DNA of 64,000 bases from Polymyxa betae A26-41 (Eukaryota > Protista > Endomyxa: Phytomyxea). Shown here in pieces: positions 1 through 16,090 of the stretch (its first letter is position 1; every line of letters starts with the position of its first letter). The position numbers were made by a program, and so were the translations under genes. Location: the NCBI GenBank assembly GCA_003693705.1, contig RBZT01000832.1, forward strand, positions 1 to 64,000, written 5' to 3'. The notes under the pieces are model-generated. The model was not told the origin of the DNA and ran no database searches. It saw only the letters and a list, made by a program, of their open reading frames with translations.

Positions 1-147
1 TTAGGACTGGTTTCGGTTCTAATCGGGCTTGGTCTTGTTCGAAGTTATATCTCTTCAATTGCAGATGTAAAACATGTTTTGCTGAGCGGTGACGAAGATT
101 TAACTCATTCATTAGCAAAACCTCTGTTACAACCGGGTTAGTGGCAT

Positions 148-1352
148 TCAATGCTCAGAGACGTCAAGAACATGTCGGATATCGAACGCTCTCGTGGACG
201 CCGCCATCAAGTCGAGAACCACTTGCCATAACAAGAACACATCTTGGGATTCAGCGGCTGCTGCTGGCTGTTGTTCGGTTTGTCCGTCCTCACTGTCAGA
301 ACAGCTTCCGCCCTCGGATTGGTTATCCGTATCCATTTCATTCAAAGTCCCAATAACTATTTCTGATTGCTCTTCTTCTCCATTGATACGCCGTTCCGTG
401 GGATCAATAATACGGCTGACGACAGCGGTATCATTCGTGGCTGGCTTGGCCAAAGACTCACGTAGATTCCTCTTTCGAACAGAGCTGCGAACAATACTTA
501 ACTTCTTAACCTTTCCTGGGCACAAACGGTTTCGTCGAGCAGAATGAATCATTGCAAGCTCGCTGAAAAGCCGTTCGCAGGTTGCAGTATTGATAGAAAC
601 GCTCAATATAACGAGTGCCAAACGAGCTAGGCGACAGTTTGGATACCCTTGCCGAATAAATTTCCAGAAAGCGATCGGTTCCGAGAACTCCGAAGGGCTA
701 ATCCCGTTAAAGTATTCCTCGGAGTTTTGCCAACCCATTATCTCTTGGCGGAGCTGTCCGTGTTCGTGACCAAAGAACCGCATAAAATAGAAAATGCAGA
801 TTTCGGATAAATGAACGAGGGATGTCAATGACGTTTCCGGAACGACATGCTGGATGCAAGAACAGGGCCAACACGAATAACGGCTGTTCGCAATCCTCCC
901 ACCGTTTCTCAATGCAAGGAATAAGTTCGTCGCGATGCATGCTATCACGAAAGCTGATAAAGACATTACCAAAATTCATAAGGACGTCAGCCATGGAGTT
1001 TTGGTCTTGCTGTAACCGAAACGAACACAACGATAGGGGACGAATGACCGCCTCGGCATCCGCAAGCTACAATTGAAAAGCTTCAATTTACCCATAACAA
1101 TTTTGTTACTGCACATACCTTAACCCAGAAGTCATCCGTCTGCAGTCCCGTCAAAGCCATCGGGAAATCGGACTTTCCGCCCCAGCGCATAAAAAACATT
1201 CTCAGTGCAGTCTTTACTCGAAGCAGAGACGCAAACATTGCCTGCATTGAGTTCCAACGCGTGTCCGCCATTAGAATCAACGAGAAATGGACGCCATTAA
1301 TAAGGATGAACCGAAGTCTGGCGATATCTGTTAGCTTCTTAGAATGCGACAT
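148..1352 (-). mobile_element. Degenerate hAT-superfamily DNA transposase, 5'-truncated and frameshifted
   Basis: hAT motifs on the minus strand are LILMADTRWNSM, DDFWVK|LADAEAVIRPLSLCSFRLQQDQNSMADV (joined across a GT-AG intron at ~1070-1120) and LFVLALFLHP. The C-terminal dimerisation motif is LARLALVILSVSINTATCERLFSELAMIHSARRNRL. The frame changes near 848 without an intron, and the N-terminal half is absent. Confidence 0.85.
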
Positions 1353-2203
1353 TTTTCCAAAATGAAAATGTATTTTGATTTAATTCAAATAGTGAGGTTG
1401 GTGCCAAAGCACCCGCAACTCTCTGCTGTAGTGCATTACAGAGGTCACGTGCGACCGTCGAGGATGGCAAGCCAGAGCCTCAACGATCTGGCGACAAAAA
1501 TAATCGTGAACAGTGTCCCCAGTGGAGACAAGAACTTTGTCACGAGTTCTAGAACAGATACTACACTTGATCTTAGCCAAAAGGCCGAGAAGGTTGCTCT
1601 TATGTACATCGAGGTCGGCTATTAGTAGTCCTGGTAGTAATGGGCAACATTATGGGACCTTTCAGTGCGTTAATCTACGCATCATGACTTACATACAGGT
1701 ACCGGGGTGCTCACTTCCAGATATGCTGTGTTTAACCAAGCCAGGCTTAACGTATGATCTGATTTCTTGATTCAGAAATACAGTGTGCCCATTTCGGGAC
1801 CCATTGTGCCCATAAATTCTGAATATTAAGATATCATGAGAAGTTTAGCCAGGAAGCGGACGCCTTAACTCTTTATTTCCAACCGGATAATTGCTGATCA
1901 TCCGGTCAAAATTCCGAGATTGACAGACTTGAGGCACCGATTTCAGATTCAATCAGTTCGTTGATTTGAATCTCACCCATTCATCGTCGATGGTGTTATA
2001 TGTGATGGCTGTGATAATGTTACCATCTCTATATAGCCTGGAGATTGCAGAGCACATTCCCTTATTATCATCACTATTTATTTCTCAAGCTGAAAGACAA
2101 TCAAGAAATGATATTTCATGGTAGAACTGGAAAGCGATCCTGATCGACCAAAGTACTCCCCCGATCATTAAGCTGACCATTGCTTACATAACGGCGCGCC
2201 TTC

Positions 2204-4586
2204 ATGGCGCTTTGGGCTGCAGACGATGGCAACTATTATCAAGATGCGGGTCGACCTAATGAATTGTTTGATTTCGCTTCGAAGCTGATTTTCTGCCTTA
2301 GGCGATGGACAGTATTATGATGATAGAACTCCCGATCAAGGATATTATGATGAGCAAGGGCAATGGCATTATTATCCATACGAAAACGAAATAGACGAAC
2401 ATTACGCTGAACAGCAACATGGATATGATGAGCAAGGATATGCTGAACCAGAACAAATATTAGGTAATATCATCTTTATGATATTTGATGTTCTGATTGT
2501 TCCGTTATAGCCGATCATGAAATTGTGTCGTCATTACAGATTCAGCCACTCCAGTTAGCGTCTCTTCAAGCACCTGAATTACTGATTATTGAGATCGCTT
2601 ATCGAGGTTCGCCTTCGCTAGGTTGCTCTGTTCTCTTCTAAGCTCATTGAAGGATTGACAACTCCTGCCATTTTTCAAGATTCTGCAAATCCTGGGGAAT
2701 TGGATATGATCTTTCAGGCGCTTAGCCGGCGACCATGCGATATATCACGATTCTCGGCAATTGCCTTAGCACAAGCCCTGAAGAAGGTCTAGATTAACAC
2801 TTTACAAATGGTTTCGCTTTCTCATATTCATCCATAGATCATTCGGGAATTTCAAGTGCCGATTATACCTGCCATGATTCTGGATGCACTCTTGTCATGC
2901 CAGAAAAACAGTCCAAATAATGTTCCTATGCTAACAGGCATCTTTCGCCAACTTCCTCAAGAATCCTGCGATTTTCTCCATTCACTATTTATTATGTTGC
3001 AAGCACTTTCCAAAAATGAAGTAAAGACTCCCACAGCTCATGGTTTTCCAAATTGTCTAAATCATCCTCATAGTCAATTACTGGAATGTCGACGTTGAAG
3101 CTAGCATACGCTGTCGGGCCTTCTATGTTGGCAGGAGCTCCACCAAACGCTGATCCAATCTTATTGCTAACTGCTCCGAAGTTAATCAATGCAATATGTG
3201 AATTGCTCATTAACGAACCTTCAATCCTACGCTCTGGTGGAGCTGTGATGGCGCCTTCGACTCCAATTCAAGCCTCTCGAATGGCCCCGGCACCCCCTTC
3301 TTCTGTTGCTGCTCCATCCCGATCTCCAATGGCACAACCTCCTCGTGCAGCTCCTGCGCCGCCTCCATCCTCAGCTATGGCTACGTCTCGTGTAGCTGCT
3401 CCTGCTCCTCCTGTTGCTTCAAGGCCTTCAGCCCCTGCGCCTCCTGCACCAGCACGAGCTCCGGCACCTCGTCCAGCTTCGCCTCCGCGAGCTCCAGCAC
3501 CTCCCTCCGCCCCTGCGCCCCGAGCTCCAGCGCCCCCACCACCATCTGCCCCAGCCAGAGCTCCAGCTCCGCCACCGCCTGCTTCTCTTTCTCGGGCTCC
3601 TGCACCTCCACCGCCCTCAGCTCCTTCAAGGGCAGCTCCTGCTCCTCCTGGACCGCTTTCCAGAGCGCCAGCTCCGCCGCCACCAGCTTCTTCTCGAGCT
3701 CCAGCCCCTCCACCGACTACTGCACTGCCAAGAGGTGCTGCTCCGACGCCCACAGGAAGAGCGCCGCCGCCTCCTTCGCCTCCTGCACGATCTGTTGCAC
3801 CACCTCCACGTGCTGGGCGTCCACCAGCGCCATCCGCTCCGCCACCTTCATCATCTTCACCGCCTGCATCTGGTGGCCGTGCTGACCTTCTAAAATCGAT
3901 CTGTGCGTTTAAGAAAGAGAACCTGTCAAAGGCGGAAACAGTTGATAAATCAGGACCAGCTGTGTCTTCTAATTCTGCTCCGTCAGCACCTGGACGTGGT
4001 GGAATGCCTTTTCCAATACCAATGCGAGGGCCTCCTGGCAATCCAGCACGTCCACCATCCCGTCCGACTCAATCAACACCACCCATACCACGCTCAACCT
4101 CATCACGAGCATCTCCACCAGCTCCACCTCGTCCTAGGATGGACGATGATGATGATGCACCTCCTCGTCAGAGAATGCCACCTCCACCTGCCCGTCGCCC
4201 TGTCTATAACGACGATGAAGAAGACAGTGGGTATCATCGGAGCGCGCCACCGGTCCCTGCAGCTCGAAGAGGGCCTCCTCCTGCTTCACCACCGCCTCGA
4301 CCTGGTCCTCCTGCACGCCCACCTGCTCCTCCTTCCGCCCAGGCGGCTGGAGATGACTGGGAAGATCCACCTTCAACAGGTTCACATTTACAATGTTCAT
4401 GTTCGGTTTTCAGGTTTTTACCCTCATTATCTCTAGCGTTGGCTTGCCGACTTCTTAATGGTTTTGGTAGGTGCTTCTCGAATGCCACCACCACCTCCGT
4501 CAAGAGGCAGAGGCCCACCACCGCCACCGCCAAGAACGGGGGGACCACCGCCAGGGCCACCTCGAGGCCCTCCTCCTCGCCGTTAA
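2204..4586 (+). CDS. Multi-exon RhoGAP-like domain + proline-rich + WH2 protein (WIP/WASP-like actin regulator)
   Basis: The spliced model starts at ATG 2204 with a Tyr/Asp-rich N-terminus. The RhoGAP-like part reads GLTTPAIFQDSAN...ALAQALKK|IIREFQVPIIP...MSTLKLAYAVGPSML. It is followed by ~250 aa of polyproline, the WH2 motif GGRADLLKSICAFKKENLSKAETVDKSGP, acidic GDDWED and a final Pro/Arg/Gly exon ending at TAA 4584-4586. Confidence 0.8.
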
Positions 4587-4852
4587 TGGTTACTGATAAA
4601 TCTTGGCAACATACTCATTTTTGCAACCTTACTTGTTAATTTCATCGAGAAATCTCTTACGAATAGACTACCGGTCTCTGTCACGTTCATGTCTTGATCA
4701 TGACCAGTATTGTACTCCTCTGCTGTAAGGCGCGAAATCCTCTTCAGGCTCAGATCTGATGTTCAATTTTGAAAGCCAATCAACTATGAAGGCTCTATTT
4801 CTAACCAGTGATAGTACACACTGTTTTATTATCATAGTACAATATAGCGATA

Positions 4853-7113
4853 TTAAACGTTGATATCTTCTATAGACAGCTGCGAACTTAGATCTATGGA
4901 CCCTATAAGTCCAGTAATTTTTCTCATATGCAATACATCCCCAATCTTATCTCGAGCCGACGATGCCTTTGCTGCTCTTTTAACCACTCGGTATATATGA
5001 CGACTGCTAAAGAACCCATTTTCACCCGGGCCCTCTCGTCTCGATCGATATGCATCCCAAGCTTCTGCCACTTTCTGATATCGAATTAGTTTGATATCCG
5101 GAGGGCATCGATATAGATTCGGTGAAATAATGTTGACATATGGTAAGAGAAGATTGTTCGGAACTTCATAGGTTGTAATCCGATCTAGAGCGATGGCGCT
5201 AGTTCGCCATTTATATTGAATCTTGGCACGTTCGTCAACGATCTCGCCCAGCGCTGTCAGATGCTCGACAACGCAACATTCCAAAAATTTGCCTTGCGGT
5301 TTCGGAATCGCTTTCCGATGTGCAGAATCGGGTACATCCCGACGCGATGAACTAAGGCAAGCTGCTGTTCTTGGACGAGCCGCCTGCAGAACTTCCTCGC
5401 GAATGATTTTGGAAGAAAAAGGCCTGAAAGTCCTTCTCTGCAAATGTAACTTGGATGGTTGAGGAGCGTATGATGAACCAGGACGTGATGATAGAACGCT
5501 CGACCAGGTAGAGTTTGAATTAGATGAATGTCGTTGACCTTTATCAGATTGAAGTACCTCTCTGATAATACGAACTCTTCCCACTTTAATAAATAGAATT
5601 GATGGCGGCATTGCCTGACCCTGCATGAATCATTAGCAACCAGGCGATTGATCATTGATTATAACGAGAAGCATAGCAGTGGTTTCCACGAAAAGCATAA
5701 CAAAGGATGTCACTAATGAGCGAAAACTCGAGCGAAAACTACAAGTACTGAAACTTCATAGAACCTGTTGAAATATGACTTGTTGCGAGCTGAAATGTTT
5801 GGTCTTGGCCATGTAAGCAATCTCAGAAAGCGCTTGCTTATTGATCCCGGTCAAGCATGGAATCTTCCTGAAATATGCCAGTTTGGTTCGATGAACAGAG
5901 TGCAATGTTGGATAAAGAAGATGTTTGAACCAGCAGTAATCCAGGACGCCGATTATGGATTGACGACGAGCGAGCAAAGGAGTTGGACGCCGGTCCCAAA
6001 GCATCAGGTTGATCTCTCCGAATGTCGCCCCGGATGATAAATCTGAAACCGTCGCGAGCACGCCCAAACCATTCATTCGCATTACATTCAGATCTCCTAC
6101 ACATGTTTGATAAGCAAATTGATTGTCCCAGCAATGAACACATCGCCTAACCGTCAATGAGAGCACAGAAGTCCTGCTGGCCCTGGGCGAATATCGTCTC
6201 GCCAGCTTCGACGATTTGCGGTTGTAGATATCGAGCGATCTCGAGTCGATTATGATAGGGGACATCGAGTCGATCTAATCCGGATTGCATTAACGACATC
6301 AGCCATCGTAATTCATGAACTAATCGAATTCCAGCATCCTTTCTCAGAACGCGCTTCGCCACAGCCGGAATCGAATCGGTTTTCAAGCGTGCGATCACGA
6401 TCGACGATATCAACATGAGCTACATACATGAATAGCGGCATGGGATACCAGCAAAGTAACGTAATAGGAAATTTCGCCAACGTCGTAACGAAACGGCGTA
6501 ACGTGAATAACGTTACCTTATGGTTGAGTTCCGCCAATCCGTTCATGGATGTTTCCTGGAACGAGTTCTCGATGGCCGATTTGCTCACGAACTGATCCGC
6601 ACCAGCAAATATGTCGCTGAACGAAGCGTTGAATTGTTCTCGGGTGATCGTGTCGCTGACGCGTTCGTGTGGTGCTCCGAACATGGCCGTCATCTTGATC
6701 TGAACATGTTTTCTGATCAGGCCAAGAAGAGCTTTCTCTGGGACCTGACCCATGATCCTGTCAACATCTGGGATAGCCATGAAGAATTGGTTGATCATAT
6801 CCTCGACGATTGCGAGGGGGATGTGATCGCTGGTCGGGCTTAAAAACATCTCCCAGGCAGCATTCACCAGATCGGCAGTTTCCAATCCGCTGGCGAACTC
6901 AGACCAGCGCATTACGAAGAAGGTCGGCGCTGCTAAGCTGAGAGTGATCCTGCCTTCATCGTTGTTATAATCTGGGTCATTAACACTTGGACGATGTAAA
7001 CGGGATGAAAAGTCGTCATTGAGTTCGACAACAGCACCCAATCTCTCTGTTGATTGAATCTCTTGGTCATCATTGTCACTATCGCTGAAGTTACTTGACC
7101 ATTGCAAAGACAT
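4853..7113 (-). CDS. Protein with tandem cyclic-nucleotide-binding (cNMP) domains, multi-exon
   Basis: First domain: IARYLQPQIVEAGETIFAQGQ and LSSGATFGEINLMLWDRRPT. Second domain: YFRKIPCLTGINKQALSEIAYMAKTKHFSSQQVIFQQ|GQAMPPSILFIKVGRVRII. The start is placed at MSLQWSS (7113) and is uncertain. Confidence 0.75.
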
Positions 7114-7542
7114 CGAAGGAATAAGGTACCGACCACGATCTTGCAAAGTAGTCGAATTGAGGAACAATACGTTTATTGCGCACCAATGCTTTCAGCAGAC
7201 CATTATGCATTGGAGCGTTCTTCAACGAGCAAAAGGCCGCCTGTAATTGCAGCTACCTCTTGATTGAGCACCCAATAATTTTTTGGGGTTATAAATGCTG
7301 AGTTGCCTTGCTGGAATGAACACAGATGGCTTAATAGTATTCCCGAAATCCCACGCTAGCAGTCAAAATCCCACTGATAATGGAAACAGGCATAAATATT
7401 TACTTCCGCCATTAAGTTAGCTTAAATTCATTCCATGGAGAACAAGCAAATGCTTCGATGAAGTTGGGAGCAGCAACTCGGTAAGGAGGTCGTTATCAAC
7501 AAAATCATTGAGGTAGAATAATCCGGATAAGCAACATCAACA

Positions 7543-9605
7543 TTAAATCGCTGCATCAACCTTCCTTCTTTTCGTCTCTTGTCGCTCAGATGGGTCATCA
7601 GCATCGTCACTATCACTGATAGTCTTCGATTTTGGTGGTCGTTTCTTTTCATAGTCAAGATAAGAAATAGAGAATCAAGAACTTGACAGAGAATTGCCGA
7701 CCTTTTGTTGTGCTGCCTTCAGATGAGTAGTCGCTTCAGGATGATCAGGGTGTAATTCTAAAGCATGTTGCAAATCTTTAACCGCAGAATCAATCTGATT
7801 TAGCTGAATAAAAGTGATCCCACGATTCACATACGCATCAGTAAACTACTGGAAATCAGAATAATATTGAGATAACATGACGATATAGTACTTGCGGTTC
7901 AACATTAACGGCGTGGGTGAAATATTGAATAGCATCTGACAGCCGATTTTGGCGAAGATATTCCAGACCTCGCGACACACTAAAGTCTAAAATCAAGGAC
8001 TGATGCGAATGTTAAGAGACAGCACCGAACCTTTTCTGAGCCCAAGCGATATTTTGAGCTGCCCGAAGATTGTAATGTATATCTGCTGGATCGCATCTGA
8101 TTTCACTGAGAACTATACATATACCAAACAAGCTATTGGAAATACTGGCAGGGTGGCATCAAGGAGCCGTAGTCTGTAATTCCGAAAGCCTTCGACATGA
8201 TTGCCATGCCATGCGGATTCTTAAATAATGGATGGCCTTTCAAACGTTCGACGAATGTGGGCATGGGCAAATGTGATGAGAGTGATTGATGTAGCGGCGA
8301 CTTGCTACTAGACCTTAATAAGGTGAATCAGAAATGTATGCATGCAGTACACGTAACTGACAAATGTGTGAAATAATAACTTGAAACTGTGTACAATTAC
8401 CGATCTTGTATGGACTGAGAAGGAAGGTTATACCACCCCAACGAAGTACCATCTGTCGGATCTAATTCAACGGTCCCATGTGTTGAGCCATCTGTGGAAC
8501 CAGCGTCGGCGCTTCCAAGAGAAGAGCCATCTGTCGAGCCCGCATCCCATGCTCGAATGTAGCGACTCGTATAGCGGTGGTTAAACCAAGTTGATTTTCT
8601 CCATTGAAGATACGGAGAAGATGGAGGTATCATGCAATCATTTGCAGAAATAACTCCAAGCGGATGGTGATGCGACTGCCGGGCAGATAATCGCGAGCCG
8701 TTCAAGCTGAAATAGATGACATCCGTTAAGCAGTCAACGGAGATTACAAGAGCTAACGAGTAATAAGTTCATTTTAGACAGCGCTGTGCAAAACCAGACC
8801 TTTTATCTGGGAGCCCAAAGGTATCTGATCAAGCAGTTCCGATGGTGTAAAATCGTGATTCGAGAATTCTGTCAATTCGCCTATAGGGCAAAGACCTTCG
8901 ATCTGAAGCTCTCTTAAATCATCGAAAACAGTTTCGACAATCTTTTTTGACTTTTTGACCGGTTGGTTCACTTCTTCGATTTTAAAAATCTTTTCAATTT
9001 GGATGTGGACACCTTCAGGCGACTTGTTGCAGACAAACCCTAAATTCAAAAATGCAGTGAGATAGGGCGAAAAGAATTCGGTGTATAGTTCACCTCCAAC
9101 AACCAGATCTGTTTCAAGAAGTTCAAAAACACCTCTTCTTTTGAGATAATTGTCGATTTGCTTAGTAGGTGCCGTATTTTCCTGTTCATCATCATTTGAA
9201 TTCGTAATCTTGTAGATCGGATGGCGGAATCCTGTGATGAAATATCAGTCAAATAACTACTCTTATCTAAAACCAAGGTGAGAAATTCGAAAGGTTGTTA
9301 GGACAGGTCGGGTTATTCGAGTTACTACAGGAAATCCTTGCCAAGCGTGAAGTTGTTGAAATATTACCTCGTTGTTGGCCACTTTGTACATTAGCGTTTG
9401 TTAACAGTCGTCCAGCTAGTCCCGAAACAAACAGCGTCGAAACCCGTTGAGCCACAGACGTGATCAGATCGCGGCGCGGACTGGATGCGTATACCAAATG
9501 CCATATCGGCGGCGTCGAAGGCGGTTCCGGCAGAGCGAAAACCGACCCAGCAGACGTCGGCCCGTAGCTGGCGATGGGCGACGGCGAAGAGGTGGGCGGC
9601 GTCAT
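7543..9605 (-). CDS. TTC14: S1-like + TPR protein, TTC14-like, multi-exon
   Basis: LRELQIEGLCPIGEL and HPLGVISAND resemble the TTC14 S1 region, and ERLKGHPLFKNPHGM follows. The TPR exon reads FTDAYVNRGITFIQLNQIDSAVKDLQHALELHPDHPEATTHL (~7700-7850). The 3' end is uncertain (7543 or 7675). Confidence 0.65.
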
Positions 9606-9960
9606 TATGATTATTGAGTGAAGATGACACGTTGCGCAATTGCATCCGATCGGTAACGCAAGGCCTCACTCACTCACATCAGCCAGTGATCTGTAGAACT
9701 GATAAGAGAACAAAGGGGTAGAAATTGATTAATGATGACTGATGAGTGTGACTCCGGTACTTATTTTGAGCTTTTGTGGAAACGCCAACTATCAAAGCCT
9801 GATGTGGAATTCCCTGCACCTCGGCTTTACTAGGTCAAACCAGTAACGATAAATCGAAGCACGATCGATAGATCTAGCAAGAAATTCACTAGTAACATGC
9901 ATGATTGAAAGGCAAGCAACCTAGGGATCTAACAATTGATATAAATTGCTTTATTGTAAA

Positions 9961-14894
<4,934 letters not shown>

Positions 14895-15562
14895 GGCAAT
14901 GATACCCTAGCTAGGGTTGTACAGTACAGTAATAGGTAACCGTAGTTTGTGCCAAGTGATGACGCTGGTGGGGCTCAACACCGCGGCGGTAACGAAAATG
15001 GGGTCTTGGTGCAGGGGCCCTATGGCTAGGGTTTGCTATATTGACCGACCTGTTTGACCCGAGTTCAATCTGACTTGGGGTGGTTGGCAACCCTAACGGT
15101 TCTCATCCCGAAGCTTAATTCGCATGCTTGGCTCCTCCGATCCGAGAACCTCGATTGGGGTCAGGTCGAATCTGATGTCGAAGTTTGTCAACAAGTTCGC
15201 AGATGATCAATGATTTAATGACTCGAAATGGATGCCTGAACAGTTGGCGACACTATGGTCGCTATCGTTTGCTCTAAATAATTGAAAGTTCTCACTGTGT
15301 GCCTAAATTTCAGTTTTAAGGCTATAACCCGAGATACTCCAGCTCAATCTATTATTTCCAGAATGACCTGCTGTTAGCATTATCGAAAATCCTAATTCTT
15401 CTGTTTCTTGAAGATTCGTATAGATAAGGCCTAATCTGGTTCATTTTGGATTGCATGTAATCAAACCGTTTCATGCTTTTAGTGGCACTTGCCCTATTCT
15501 CGATCAGACAAGTAAATTTACATTAGAGTTTGTCGTGTTTCATTTTTATACATGAACGAGTA

Positions 15563-16090
15563 AAAAAAGGATAGGAGTCGGTCTCTTTCCCCCCAAGAAA
15601 TGATTTTTTGGAAACCCCAATTCCAAAATCCAAAAACCTGATCCGATTGATCCACCCTTTCCATATCCATCCCATGTCATCGTATCCCAATAATAATCAT
15701 ATCATTAGAATTGTTATTTTCTATTGAGCTATAGATTTTACCAGACCATTCATTTTATTACACCATTTATTTTAACAAAAATCGTATCTCAACAGGGTGG
15801 TCAGTTAGTAGTTCATGCAGAGGCGGTAGGGGTGGAATGGCATACCGTATGGCGTATAGATTGGATAAATCTATCGGATATGATTTTGGGTTGTTGAAAT
15901 AGTATGGGTGGTTTTTTGAGAATGCTATGAGTGGATCAAGTTGGATCTTTGGGGATGGAGCGACTTTTTCCATGGTATGAGTGGTCTGGGTGGATAAATC
16001 GGATGATAGGTTTGGAGCTGGGGATTTGGGGGTTTCAGAACATCATTTTTTTTCTTTCGGGGGAGAAGAAGCCGACGCCTCATCCTGATT
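15563..16090. mobile_element. Non-autonomous inverted-repeat element (MITE-like), ~530 bp, flanked by TA
   Basis: The left end AAAAAAGGATAGGAGTCGGTCTCTTTCCCCCCAAGAAATGATTTTTTGGAAACCCCAATTCC...ATCCGATTGATCCACCC matches the reverse complement of the right end AATCAGGATGAGGCGTCGGCTTCTTCTCCCC...ATGATGTTCTGAAACCCCCAAATCC...ATCCGATTTATCCACCC over ~100 bp. TA dinucleotides sit at 15561-62 and 16091-92. Confidence 0.7.

Noticed and set aside
1635-1820. Short inverted ATGGGC/GCCCAT motifs near the hAT relic as possible terminal repeats
   Set aside because: They are too short and degenerate, with no target-site duplication or matching partner end in the window.
3268-4560. Long Gly/Ala-rich antisense and alternative-frame ORFs over the proline-rich exon
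   Set aside because: They are shadow ORFs caused by CCN/GCN codon bias of the real plus-strand gene.
9730-9805. ATGATGA...CTGA (box C/D snoRNA-like) and CTGATGAG...GAAAC (hammerhead-like) motifs
   Set aside because: There is no terminal stem, no recognisable rRNA guide and no hammerhead stem II pairing. An Infernal/snoscan hit would be needed.
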